Assembly: GCA_964535515.1 (NCBI GenBank)
Contig: CAZHTA010000006.1
Location: forward strand, 1 to 57,026
From: an uncultured Gammaproteobacteria bacterium
Lineage (GTDB): Bacteria > Patescibacteriota > Patescibacteriia > Magasanikbacterales > GWA2-37-8
Direction: 5' to 3'
DNA: 57,026 nt
Shown here in pieces: positions 1 through 9,665 of this stretch; the stretch's first letter is position 1, and each line of letters opens with the position of its first letter. The notes under the pieces were generated by a model. The model searched no databases. It was not told where the DNA came from and saw nothing but the letters and a program-made list of their open reading frames with translations. Both the position numbers and the translations under genes were made by a program.

Positions 1-329
1 TCAGCATCTACCACACCAGCAGCAAGTTTTTTTCCTTCTTCATTAGCAAAAGCACGAATTGTTAAAGCGCCCGGCCAATACTTCTTTGTTAACTCTTCCA
101 AACGCTCGTTCCACTGCCAATATTTTTTAGCCATGTCAATTGAATCAACTAAAACCAAGACGGGCTTGTCTTTTGGTCGTGATTTTATCTCATAAACCAA
201 ATCAACCGCTTCTTGATTAGACGCGTCACAACCAACACCATAAGTGGTTTCCGTTGGATAAATTACTACCCCACCACTTTTCAATATTTCACTTGCTTCA
301 ACTAAATTTTCTTCTAACAAAACTTTCAT
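1..329 (-). CDS. tsaC: L-threonylcarbamoyladenylate synthase (TsaC/YrdC/Sua5 family), N-terminal part; gene runs off the left edge
   Basis: Hand translation of the minus strand from ATG 327-329 gives MKVLLEENLVEASEILKSGGVVIYPTETTYGVGCDASNQEAVDLVYEIKSRPKDKPVLVLV...KKYWPGALTIR. It shows YrdC-domain signatures (PTET.YG.GCDA, K.RP..KP, WPG.LT). It is absent from the ORF track because there is no stop in the window. Confidence 0.8.
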   Translation of the reverse strand, partial: MKVLLEENLVEASEILKSGGVVIYPTETTYGVGCDASNQEAVDLVYEIKSRPKDKPVLVLVDSIDMAKKYWQWNERLEELTKKYWPGALTIRAFANEEGKKLAAGVVDA

Positions 330-330
330 A

Positions 331-1416
331 CTATTCTTTAATCCATTTTAAATAAGACTCACACAGAGGCATTAATTTGCCTTCTAACACACTTTCTGGA
401 TCAGTTGACTCATAATCGGTGCGATGATCTTTAACCAAATGATATGGGTGAAGCACGTACGATCTAATCTGATTACCCCATTCCGCTGATTTGTATTCAC
501 CGCGCAGGTCCTTCCTTTCTTGGGCTTGTTTCTCTAATTCCAAACGGTGCAGTTTAGCTTTCAGAATACTCAAAGCGGTTTCTTTGTTTTGCTGTTGTGA
601 TCTCTCGTTCTGACATGATACGGTAATACCTGTTGGAATATGTACAACCCGTACCGCCGAGTAAGTAGTATTAACTGACTGTCCACCTTTACCACCAGAC
701 ATAAAAGTATCAATTCGTAAATCCTTTGGATCTAAATCAACTTTAATGCTCTCATCTAACTCCGGCAACACTTCAATTAAAGCAAATGATGTATGCCTCA
801 TTTTCTCGGCATCAAATGGTGAAATACGTACTAGTCGATGCACACCATGTTCAGATTTTAAATAACCAAAAACATAGCGTCCAGAAATACGAAACATAAT
901 AGACTTGTAGCCCGCTTCTTGGCCACGAGACTCATCTAAAATATTTACCTTCCAATTTTGACTCTCAGCAAAACGCAAAATCATGCGTGTGAGCATCTCC
1001 GCCCAATCTTGGGCTTCCGTACCACCTGACCCAGCATGGATCGCCACAATCGCATTGTTTTGGTCATATGGACCGTTTAGCAGAAGATAGAACTCAAAAT
1101 CAGAATACTGTTTTTCTAATTCAATCAGCTGCTTTTCTATTTCACTATTTAAACTTTCGTCACCAGAATTAACTAGACTCAACAGATCGTCAGTTTTTAT
1201 TTCTAGCTCACCCCATTTATCAACCTCTTCTTTAATACCTTGGTAATCTTGAGAAATTGCCTGGGCACTCTCAGGATTTTGCCAAAAATCTGGCTTACTC
1301 ATTTCATCAGATAATTGTTCCATTTTTGATTTCAAATCCGGCAACTTTAACAACGTGGTGGTTGCAGATATTTTCCCTTTTAAATTTTCCAATCTTTCAA
1401 CCAAAACATTTGCCAT
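331..1416 (-). CDS. prfB: peptide chain release factor 2, single uninterrupted ORF
   Basis: 361 aa with the SPF tripeptide (VRISPFD) and GGQ motif (SGGKGGQSVN). Full length without a frameshift. Confidence 0.95.
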   Translation of the reverse strand: MANVLVERLENLKGKISATTTLLKLPDLKSKMEQLSDEMSKPDFWQNPESAQAISQDYQGIKEEVDKWGELEIKTDDLLSLVNSGDESLNSEIEKQLIELEKQYSDFEFYLLLNGPYDQNNAIVAIHAGSGGTEAQDWAEMLTRMILRFAESQNWKVNILDESRGQEAGYKSIMFRISGRYVFGYLKSEHGVHRLVRISPFDAEKMRHTSFALIEVLPELDESIKVDLDPKDLRIDTFMSGGKGGQSVNTTYSAVRVVHIPTGITVSCQNERSQQQNKETALSILKAKLHRLELEKQAQERKDLRGEYKSAEWGNQIRSYVLHPYHLVKDHRTDYESTDPESVLEGKLMPLCESYLKWIKE

Positions 1417-1417
1417 A

Positions 1418-1915
1418 TTAAAAAATCTTAACCGCCCCTAAAGTAGTAAACAAAATTATTATCGCTGCCATCACTACACCTGCCAAAAGAGCCGCAAATG
1501 ATTTGCCAAAAGGCAAACCAAAAACAAACGCCGCTACTGCTCCAGTCCAAGCACCTGTCATAGGGAGCGGAATCCCAACAAAAATTGCTAAACCAATCAA
1601 CCCCCATTTAGCATAGTCACCGGCGAACTTATTTTGCGCGCGGGCCAAATATTTTGTCCACATTTTATGCATCCAACCCTGGCTCTTTTCTAAATATCGA
1701 TGGAAGGGTGCTGCAAAAAGCAAGATAACCGTAGCTGGAACCATATTACCAACAATCGAAAGAGTTACCGCTTGCCAAATTGGCAAATGATATGCAGCAA
1801 TACCCATTGGTAAGGCTAAACGCAATTCACCGATCGGCGTCATGGCCATCAAAAACACCGACAATTGCGGTGGAAATTGAGAAAAAAAATTGACTAATAG
1901 TTCGGTCATATACAA
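1418..1915 (-). CDS. small polytopic membrane protein, COG2426 / small multidrug-export-like
   Basis: 165 aa with 4-5 hydrophobic helices. The TPIGELRLALPMGI motif resembles the Sm_multidrug_ex family as I recall it. Confidence 0.5.
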   Translation of the reverse strand: MYMTELLVNFFSQFPPQLSVFLMAMTPIGELRLALPMGIAAYHLPIWQAVTLSIVGNMVPATVILLFAAPFHRYLEKSQGWMHKMWTKYLARAQNKFAGDYAKWGLIGLAIFVGIPLPMTGAWTGAVAAFVFGLPFGKSFAALLAGVVMAAIIILFTTLGAVKIF

Positions 1916-1952
1916 AAGATAGTTTACCTCAAATTACAAAGATTTACAAACG

Positions 1953-1979
1953 AAAAAGACGCCCACTACTGAGCGTCTT
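1953..1979 (-). terminator. intrinsic terminator downstream of groEL
   Basis: Minus-strand hairpin AGACGC-N10-GCGTCT followed by a T run (plus-strand A run 1953-1957). Confidence 0.6.
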
Positions 1980-1999
1980 TCTTTTTCTACTTTTTCTCT

Positions 2000-3649
<1,650 letters not shown>

Positions 3650-3659
3650 TTAATTTCTT

Positions 3660-3947
3660 TTATTCTACTACCGCTAAAATTTTATCATGCGGTAAAATTT
3701 TAAACTCTTCTTTTATGTTTCCACTACCGGTCTTTATCTCCTCACCACCCCATTTTTCAAACAACACCTTATCACCAACTTTCAATTTTAATTTTGCCAA
3801 GTCTTCGCCATCTCCTAAAGCAACAATGACGCCTTCAGCTTTCTTTTCCTTATCAACTGTATCTGGTAACACAATACCAGAAGCAGTAACTTCCTCCTCT
3901 TTGTTGGGCTTAACTAAAACCCGATCTCCTACTGGTCTGATAGACAT
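3660..3947 (-). CDS. groES: co-chaperonin GroES (Cpn10)
   Basis: 95 aa starting at the internal Met (MSIRPVGDRVLVKP...). The ORF-track extension up to 4088 overlaps the promoter and CIRCE, so it is rejected. Confidence 0.93.
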   Translation of the reverse strand: MSIRPVGDRVLVKPNKEEEVTASGIVLPDTVDKEKKAEGVIVALGDGEDLAKLKLKVGDKVLFEKWGGEEIKTGSGNIKEEFKILPHDKILAVVE

Positions 3948-3996
3948 ATATGTAATGATTAAATGAATAAAAAGACAAATTAATTTTAACGACCTT

Positions 3997-4023
3997 TTAT
4001 CACTCTGATTATTTGAGTGATAA
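3997..4023. promoter_or_regulatory. CIRCE-like HrcA operator, TTATCACTC-N9-GAGTGATAA
   Basis: Perfect 9-bp inverted repeat with a 9-nt spacer between the groES promoter and start codon. It differs from the consensus TTAGCACTC-N9-GAGTGCTAA by one symmetric G/C to T/A change. Confidence 0.85.
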
Positions 4024-4033
4024 GAGTAATACC

Positions 4034-4061
4034 ATTTTACAGCATTCTTTTGTATTGTCAA
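4034..4061 (-). promoter_or_regulatory. sigma-70-type promoter of groES-groEL
   Basis: Minus strand TTGACA (4056-4061), 16-nt spacer, TAAAAT (4034-4039), directly upstream of CIRCE. Confidence 0.7.
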
Positions 4062-4110
4062 GAAAACACCAAAAACATTTATCCACAATCAAAATTTGGG
4101 TTTATTTAAC

Positions 4111-4244
4111 AAAAAAACCCGAGGATAGAGGCGAACTCTTACGGTCGTCCATATTTGTTTAAACTCATGCCTGTCTAGGTGTGAGCATAAACGATGGCGA
4201 GCCAAAGCGTCTGCCTCTATCTCCGGGTTCTTTACTTTGAGACT
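4111..4244 (-). ncRNA. unassigned structured small RNA (about 130 nt) with its own promoter and terminator
   Basis: A 15-bp closing helix, CCCGGAGATAGAGGC (plus 4213-4227) with GCCTCTATCCTCGGG (plus 4118-4132), is interrupted by a tandem GA/AG mismatch. It encloses about 80 nt of irregular hairpin (GUUUA/UAAAC, GCUCA/UGAGU, CCU/AGG) and is followed by a U7 tract (plus A run 4111-4117). No ORF is present. Confidence 0.6.
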
Positions 4245-4246
4245 GT

Positions 4247-4275
4247 ATTCTACCTCCCCCATTAAACCGTGTCAA
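4247..4275 (-). promoter_or_regulatory. promoter of the unassigned small RNA
   Basis: Minus strand TTGACA (4270-4275), 17-nt spacer, TAGAAT (4247-4252). The -35 lies 3 nt after the stop of the upstream gene. Confidence 0.6.
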
Positions 4276-4277
4276 CC

Positions 4278-5225
4278 CTACCTTAAAGAATGAAATTCTT
4301 TGTGTTTTTTTAACCACTCTTCCCTAACCGCTAAACGTCGATCATCTTCATGTAACTTAATTACTCTTTTACTTAAAACCACATCTTTCCCTTCAGCTTC
4401 CGCTTTCTCTTTTAAACTCAACTTCATCTTCTGCCGACCCAAACTTTCAGCCTGGCGTTCAAGTAAATCACCATACCACCCAGTCCAAATTCTTTCCCAC
4501 ATCCTACGCCAGATTCTTTTTCCATTACTAAGTAATACTATCGGTAATATTGCCTTGTTATTTCGTACATATGGCAAATACCGAACTGTCCACTGGTTAA
4601 GATTGATAAACTTACGCCAAAGATAATACGGATCAAACAAAGGTACTGTCTGGTGAAGCCAATAGGCAAAGTGTATATCTTCTTCGGTCGAACGCAAATC
4701 AGAAAAATCTAAACTTTTTTCATCAACAAAAAAAGACAAACAAACTCGATTAGCAAGTTTTAAACCATAGGTACGCATACCAGTGATGCGAAGCACAAAA
4801 TTCACTAATACTCGCACCAACCACAAACGACCCGGAGTAACAATAATCAAAAAGTCAATATCACTTTTTTCTGTCGCCGTACCCGCTGCCACACTATTAC
4901 ATAAAAATATCGCATTTAAAAAAGGAACAAAACTCAAAAGACGAGCGGCACGGCGAGCCACTCTCATTTTTTTCAAACATATTTCTTTTCTAATCAGATG
5001 ATCGTCAATAACCGATTCTTTACCTGGTAAGAAGTAAAAATCACCCCGCTTACCAACAACACCATCCTTAATTAAAACTTTCAAACCAGCAAAAAAATCA
5101 TTCTTACTTAATGCCGGTGGACGCCAAAGGAGATTATAAAACTCCTCCTCTTTTAAAGGAAGAGAAAAAATATCAAAATACACCAAGGTTCGTAAAATAG
5201 ATTTTTCTAAAGCATCAATATTCAT
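4278..5225 (-). CDS. nucleotidyltransferase-domain protein (pol-beta superfamily-like), function unknown
   Basis: 315 aa. The segment NSVAAGTATEKSDIDFLIIV resembles the G[SG]..G...SDID NTase signature. Confidence 0.5.
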   Translation of the reverse strand: MNIDALEKSILRTLVYFDIFSLPLKEEEFYNLLWRPPALSKNDFFAGLKVLIKDGVVGKRGDFYFLPGKESVIDDHLIRKEICLKKMRVARRAARLLSFVPFLNAIFLCNSVAAGTATEKSDIDFLIIVTPGRLWLVRVLVNFVLRITGMRTYGLKLANRVCLSFFVDEKSLDFSDLRSTEEDIHFAYWLHQTVPLFDPYYLWRKFINLNQWTVRYLPYVRNNKAILPIVLLSNGKRIWRRMWERIWTGWYGDLLERQAESLGRQKMKLSLKEKAEAEGKDVVLSKRVIKLHEDDRRLAVREEWLKKHKEFHSLR

Positions 5226-5263
5226 AAAAAAAGAAAAGGCCTGGTCTGCAGGCCTCGTTCATC

Positions 5264-6079
5264 CTATAAAGTTTCCCTAGGCTTACCGATCTGACCACCA
5301 ACGACTTTATTTACCTGATGAGTTTTCACGCCAACAGCCTCGCTACCAGAGCCAACGGCATCATCTAACTCTTGCGGTTCGTCTGAAACCCCCAACCCGT
5401 CCTCTTCATCAACTTCATTATTTTTTTGAGGACTATCCCAAACAAAAACAAATCTATGACCATCCACAGTCACATTCCAACCAAAAAAATTATTATTATC
5501 GTGCCCCTCAATCAAACCACCTAAATGAGAAAACATTGAACGCACTTTAATATTGCCAACATTCAACCTTTTCAAATCATTAAAAATATCTTCTTGCCCC
5601 TCCGCGCGATCACTAGTTTTAACTAAAAAATAACTATCCGCACCAGCCACTCCTTCAATATTTTTAAATTCATCAGGAAGTTCGCTGGTAATAATAGATA
5701 AACGATCACGATATTGATCCATCTTATTATACAAAGCAGTAACATCATCAAACATATCTGCTATTTCCGCATTAACTTGTCGAGCAATTTCTGCATTGGT
5801 CATAACGTCATCGACATCCTTTCCACTTTCTGCCGCTTCTTTTTGCTTCTGCTCTTTCAACTCTTCCTCCTTAGTGCGGCGTAACTGCTCAATTACTGGT
5901 GAAAAAGATTTGTTCCAATCAAATTCTTCCACCTCTATCCTGTAACCCTTTCCAAACGGATGCTTTGTTAATTCCGGACGAATATATTCTACAAACGCAG
6001 ATTCCGTAAGGCCAGGAACACCAGAAAGGGTTGGTGGTGGGCCATAATCACCTTTATTAAATTCTCTGTCTCCTCCCAT
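5264..6079 (-). CDS. hypothetical protein with an acidic central coiled region
   Basis: 271-aa ORF tightly packed with neighbours on the same strand. No family recognised. Confidence 0.5.
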   Translation of the reverse strand: MGGDREFNKGDYGPPPTLSGVPGLTESAFVEYIRPELTKHPFGKGYRIEVEEFDWNKSFSPVIEQLRRTKEEELKEQKQKEAAESGKDVDDVMTNAEIARQVNAEIADMFDDVTALYNKMDQYRDRLSIITSELPDEFKNIEGVAGADSYFLVKTSDRAEGQEDIFNDLKRLNVGNIKVRSMFSHLGGLIEGHDNNNFFGWNVTVDGHRFVFVWDSPQKNNEVDEEDGLGVSDEPQELDDAVGSGSEAVGVKTHQVNKVVGGQIGKPRETL

Positions 6080-6082
6080 ATT

Positions 6083-6346
6083 TTAAGTATTAACACCTTC
6101 AACCAAACTAATTGGAGCAAAATCCTTTGACAAACTATCTTCCACAATAATTTTATCACTATTCCACTCCACAATTTGACTTGGGTTAATTAAAAAAGTG
6201 CGACCACCAATCAGGCGCGTTCGCACTTCATATTGAAAAACTACATTTGAATCAATATCAAAAACAACCGATGATATTTTGCCCAATTTACTTCCTGAAA
6301 CTGTATAAACCGGCAAACCACTTAACTTACGCCAGTCCGTTAGCAT
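6083..6346 (-). CDS. PRC-barrel domain protein
   Basis: 87 aa. LSGLPVYTVSGSKLGKISSVVFD... resembles the PRC-barrel/YlmC pattern. Confidence 0.55.
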   Translation of the reverse strand: MLTDWRKLSGLPVYTVSGSKLGKISSVVFDIDSNVVFQYEVRTRLIGGRTFLINPSQIVEWNSDKIIVEDSLSKDFAPISLVEGVNT

Positions 6347-6351
6347 AGTTT

Positions 6352-7095
6352 TTAAGATTTTTTTTCTGGAGATATTTTATTAACCAAATACTGTTGTCCA
6401 GCCATAAGTAATGTACTCCAAAACCAATATAGGGTCAAACCAGCTGGTAAACTAAAACCAATCAAAACAGTTAAAGCTGGCATGAAATACAACATCTGCT
6501 TGTTCATCATCGAAGCCATACTCTGCTCTTTGCTTGGTTCGGTGGATGTACTAACCGCTGGCTTTTTACTCATCATTGTTTTAGCTTGAAGATACTGTGC
6601 CAAACCCGCTAAAACTGCCAACACTGGACTAGCAACTGCTAAATTAAACACCCACATTGTTACTGGATTAATTGACCCTGGGTTAGCAACAAAAGGATAA
6701 AGGTTGTCTTGCAAAGTCTTGGCAATTGTCCCCGCATTTAAACTAGAAGAAAATACCCAATACAACGCAATCAAAATTGGCAACTGAATTAAAAGTGGCA
6801 AACAAGAAGCTAGTGGATTTACTTTTCCGTTTCGATATAACTCCATTGTTGCTTGTGCTTGTTTTTGTTGATCACCGGCATGCAATTTTTTAATCTCTTC
6901 CAGTTTAGGTTGCAACTCCTGCATTGCTTTTTGTGATTTGATTGAATGATTGGTTAACGGATACAAAATCAAACGAATCAAAACCGTAATAATCAAAATC
7001 ACTACACCAACATCGTGGCCAGGTACAAGATTGTACAGACCAACAAAGACGTTAAAGAGAGGCTGAAAAAAAAAAGTAGTAAAAAGAGATGACAT
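6352..7095 (-). CDS. yidC: membrane protein insertase YidC (short Gram-positive-type form)
   Basis: 247 aa with YPLT..S.KS..AMQELQPK..EIKK......QK...E.M.LY...VNP...CLPLLIQLPI. Confidence 0.9.
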   Translation of the reverse strand: MSSLFTTFFFQPLFNVFVGLYNLVPGHDVGVVILIITVLIRLILYPLTNHSIKSQKAMQELQPKLEEIKKLHAGDQQKQAQATMELYRNGKVNPLASCLPLLIQLPILIALYWVFSSSLNAGTIAKTLQDNLYPFVANPGSINPVTMWVFNLAVASPVLAVLAGLAQYLQAKTMMSKKPAVSTSTEPSKEQSMASMMNKQMLYFMPALTVLIGFSLPAGLTLYWFWSTLLMAGQQYLVNKISPEKKS

Positions 7096-7124
7096 AAATT
7101 TTAAAATGAAGAAAAATTAATTAA

Positions 7125-8363
7125 CTATTCCGCTTTTACCTCTTCAACCACTTCTTTTGTTTCTTCCCCCTCCTCTACCGATCCTTCAGCAGTAGCAACA
7201 ACATCGTCGCTAGACATTTCTTGACTACCACCCTCTTCTTTTACGTTTATACGCCAACCAGTTAATTCCGAAGCTAAACGTACGTTTTGGCCATTGCGAC
7301 CAATCGCCAAAGAAAACTGATCTGGAGATACAAAAACCTCAGCAGTCTTTTCGGTATCGTTTAATTTTACATGTAAAACCTTAGCAGGAGAAAGAGATTT
7401 AGCAATATATTCTTCGGCATTTTCACTCCAAGTGATAATATCAATCTTTTCTCCACCTAATTCTTCGATAATAGTATTAATACGTCCACCACGTTGACCA
7501 ATACAAGCGCCTACTGGATCAATTGAGCTATCATCAGTAGCCACTGCTACTTTAGAACGCCAACCAGCATCACGCGCTACTCCCTTAATCTCAACTGAAC
7601 CACTTTCAATTTCGGGAATTTCTTGGCGGAAGATCTCTTTAACCATTCCGCTGTTAGCCCGAGACAATATAATCTCTGGCCCACGCACAGTCATACCGAC
7701 TGTTAAAAGCAAAAATTTCATTCGTGAACCTGGCTGATAACGTTCACGCGCAATCTGTTCCTCAAATGGTAATAGACCGGTAATTTTACCTAAATCAATT
7801 AAAACTTTGCGATTCTCCGCTCGCTGCACAGTACCAACAATAATCTCGCCTTCCTGTTTTTTAAAATCATCAAATACTGAAGAACGTTCGGCTTCGCGAA
7901 TCTTTTGAATAATTACTTGTTTAGCAGTTTGTGCTGCCATTCTACCAAAAGAACCAGGGATCTCTAAAACAATCTCTAAGACATCACCGACCTTGGCTTT
8001 CTTTTGAACTTCTTTGGCGGCGGTTAACATTAACTCAGTTTTCGGATTAAACTTTGGTAAATCCTCTAACTCTTCTGGAGTTAAATCACGTCCTTCATCA
8101 CGCGCCTTTTCTCGACGAGCATTAGCTTCTTCTTGGGCTTTTTCTAATACTTCTTCCTCAATATCTTCTACCACTGTCTTAATATCCCAAGCTTGCATAT
8201 CACCAGTCTCAGGGTCAAATTTGACCTTGATATTTTGCTGTTTATTACCAAAATCCTTACGATATGCAGCCGCTAGTGCTGATTCGATTGTTTCCATCAC
8301 TGCATCATACGACAAACCCTTTTCATCACATAACGCCTGGATTGCCTTTGTAATTTCTGACAT
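7125..8363 (-). CDS. nusA: transcription termination/antitermination factor NusA
   Basis: 412 aa with an S1 domain and two KH domains (GACIGQRGGRINTI, AIGRNGQNVRLASELTGW) and an acidic tail. Confidence 0.93.
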   Translation of the reverse strand: MSEITKAIQALCDEKGLSYDAVMETIESALAAAYRKDFGNKQQNIKVKFDPETGDMQAWDIKTVVEDIEEEVLEKAQEEANARREKARDEGRDLTPEELEDLPKFNPKTELMLTAAKEVQKKAKVGDVLEIVLEIPGSFGRMAAQTAKQVIIQKIREAERSSVFDDFKKQEGEIIVGTVQRAENRKVLIDLGKITGLLPFEEQIARERYQPGSRMKFLLLTVGMTVRGPEIILSRANSGMVKEIFRQEIPEIESGSVEIKGVARDAGWRSKVAVATDDSSIDPVGACIGQRGGRINTIIEELGGEKIDIITWSENAEEYIAKSLSPAKVLHVKLNDTEKTAEVFVSPDQFSLAIGRNGQNVRLASELTGWRINVKEEGGSQEMSSDDVVATAEGSVEEGEETKEVVEEVKAE

Positions 8364-8469
8364 ATATTATATTTAAATATTAAATTTGAGTTAAAAAAAA
8401 CAACTTCGGAATGAAGCGTTTTAATATCTATGTCAATACTATATCACGCTTCTTGATTACTTGTCAAGG

Positions 8470-9084
8470 TTATTTTTTCGCCACTGCTCTTGGGGTTTTA
8501 CCAACAATTTTAACACTATCACCCACATCTAAAAACCAATACAGTTTTTCTGCGTCTTTATACCCAATATTCACACACCCATGACTCATCGGACGTTTAC
8601 CAAACTCATTATGCCAATAAGCACCATGAAGATAAAAACCACGCTTAAATTCCATGTTCCATTTGGTGTTAGGTAAATAGTAACCAAAACCAGAATACAG
8701 GTGCGTCGCTAACTCTCTAATTACTTTAAAATCACCATTCGGTGTAGGTGAACTTAAAACACCAGTAGAAACTGGCATAGTACCAATTTTTACATCACCA
8801 ATATAATACGATAACTGCTGTACAGATAAATCTACTTTAACATTTTTATTTTTTAATCTAACTTTACCAGCGCTCAACGGATCAAAACCACGCAAGACTT
8901 CTTTTCCGTCATTAAAACCATCACCGTCAGTGTCAGCTACGACTGGATTAGTCCCCAATTTTTCTTCAATCACATCTGATAATCCGTCGGAGTCTAAATC
9001 AATATCTTTAGCAAAAACCGGTGTAACAAAAAAAATAGAAAAGAAAAAAATAAAAAATAAAGATAATTTTCCAAAACGAACCAT
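8470..9084 (-). CDS. secreted L,D-transpeptidase (YkuD family) with thrombospondin-type-3-like Asp repeats
   Basis: 204 aa with a signal peptide, DSDGLSD...DTDGDGFNDGKE repeats, and a YkuD catalytic region (LHGAYWH...MSHGCVNI). Confidence 0.85.
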   Translation of the reverse strand: MVRFGKLSLFFIFFFSIFFVTPVFAKDIDLDSDGLSDVIEEKLGTNPVVADTDGDGFNDGKEVLRGFDPLSAGKVRLKNKNVKVDLSVQQLSYYIGDVKIGTMPVSTGVLSSPTPNGDFKVIRELATHLYSGFGYYLPNTKWNMEFKRGFYLHGAYWHNEFGKRPMSHGCVNIGYKDAEKLYWFLDVGDSVKIVGKTPRAVAKK

Positions 9085-9090
9085 AATAAT

Positions 9091-9459
9091 TTAAAGACCT
9101 AACCGTTCCCTAACCTTTTTCACCACATCATTTATATTCCAATCTGATTTTACTAAATAATCAAAGGACTTGTTTTTAATTGCTTCAGTCACTTTTGTTT
9201 CATCAGATAAATTTGTAAGCATAATTACCGGAACATCTTTCCCCCAGCTATCTCGCCTTAATCTTTCTAGCATCGTTAGTCCATCCATTTTAGGCATGAT
9301 TATATCCAACAAAATTAAATCCGGATGCTCAGTCAAGGCTAATTCCAAACCTTCTTCGCCATCATGACCAAGTAAAACAGAAAATTTTTCTTTTGCAAAC
9401 TTTGTGGTTAAGGCTTTCAACAAAGAGGTTTCATCTTCCACAATTAAAATCTTTTTCAT
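9091..9459 (-). CDS. single-domain (CheY-like) response regulator
   Basis: 122 aa with KILIVEDE, DLILLDIIMPKMDG and a conserved Lys (LVKS). No output domain. Confidence 0.9.
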   Translation of the reverse strand: MKKILIVEDETSLLKALTTKFAKEKFSVLLGHDGEEGLELALTEHPDLILLDIIMPKMDGLTMLERLRRDSWGKDVPVIMLTNLSDETKVTEAIKNKSFDYLVKSDWNINDVVKKVRERLGL

Positions 9460-9635
9460 ATTAGATTATTTAATTCCATTCTTTCCAGATCCTTTAGATG
9501 ATTCAGTGCTTGTTCTACCGATCTTGCTGTTACCACCGAAAATTCGCCTTTTTCTAATTTCATCCGAATGGCATTTTGCAGAGGCATTTCATCTTCTAGC
9601 ACTAAAATTATCTTATCGTTTTTAATTCCTGACAT
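9456..9635 (-). pseudogene. 59-codon ORF encoding only the N-terminal half of a receiver domain
   Basis: Hand translation gives MSGIKNDKIILVLEDEMPLQNAIRMKLEKGEFSVVTARSVEQALNHLKDLERMELNNLI. It stops (ATGA overlap with the next REC gene) before the phospho-acceptor Asp strand. It is below the ORF-track length cutoff. Confidence 0.55.
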
Positions 9636-9665
9636 ATAAAAATAGTTATAAAACTAATGATTTAT

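Noticed and set aside
331-1416. Programmed +1 frameshift in prfB
   Set aside because: I looked for it because many bacteria have it. RF2 here is one continuous 361-aa ORF from the initiator Met, so no frameshift site is needed.
3948-4088. N-terminal extension of the groES ORF (142-aa version)
   Set aside because: The extension runs through the CIRCE operator and the promoter. A canonical 95-aa GroES starts at the internal Met (3947).
4111-4244. Assigning the small RNA to SRP (4.5S), tmRNA, RNase P or 6S RNA
   Set aside because: I found no SRP domain IV motif (GGAA tetraloop with AGCAGC context), no tRNA-like ends and no RNase P GAGGAAAGUCC box. Only the overall stem-bubble-stem shape resembles 6S RNA and the length is short, so it is left unassigned.
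8364-8469. Possible attenuator hairpin with a T8 run between the nusA promoter and start
   Set aside because: The stem is only 4-5 bp with mismatches, which is too weak to call without folding energies or conservation.
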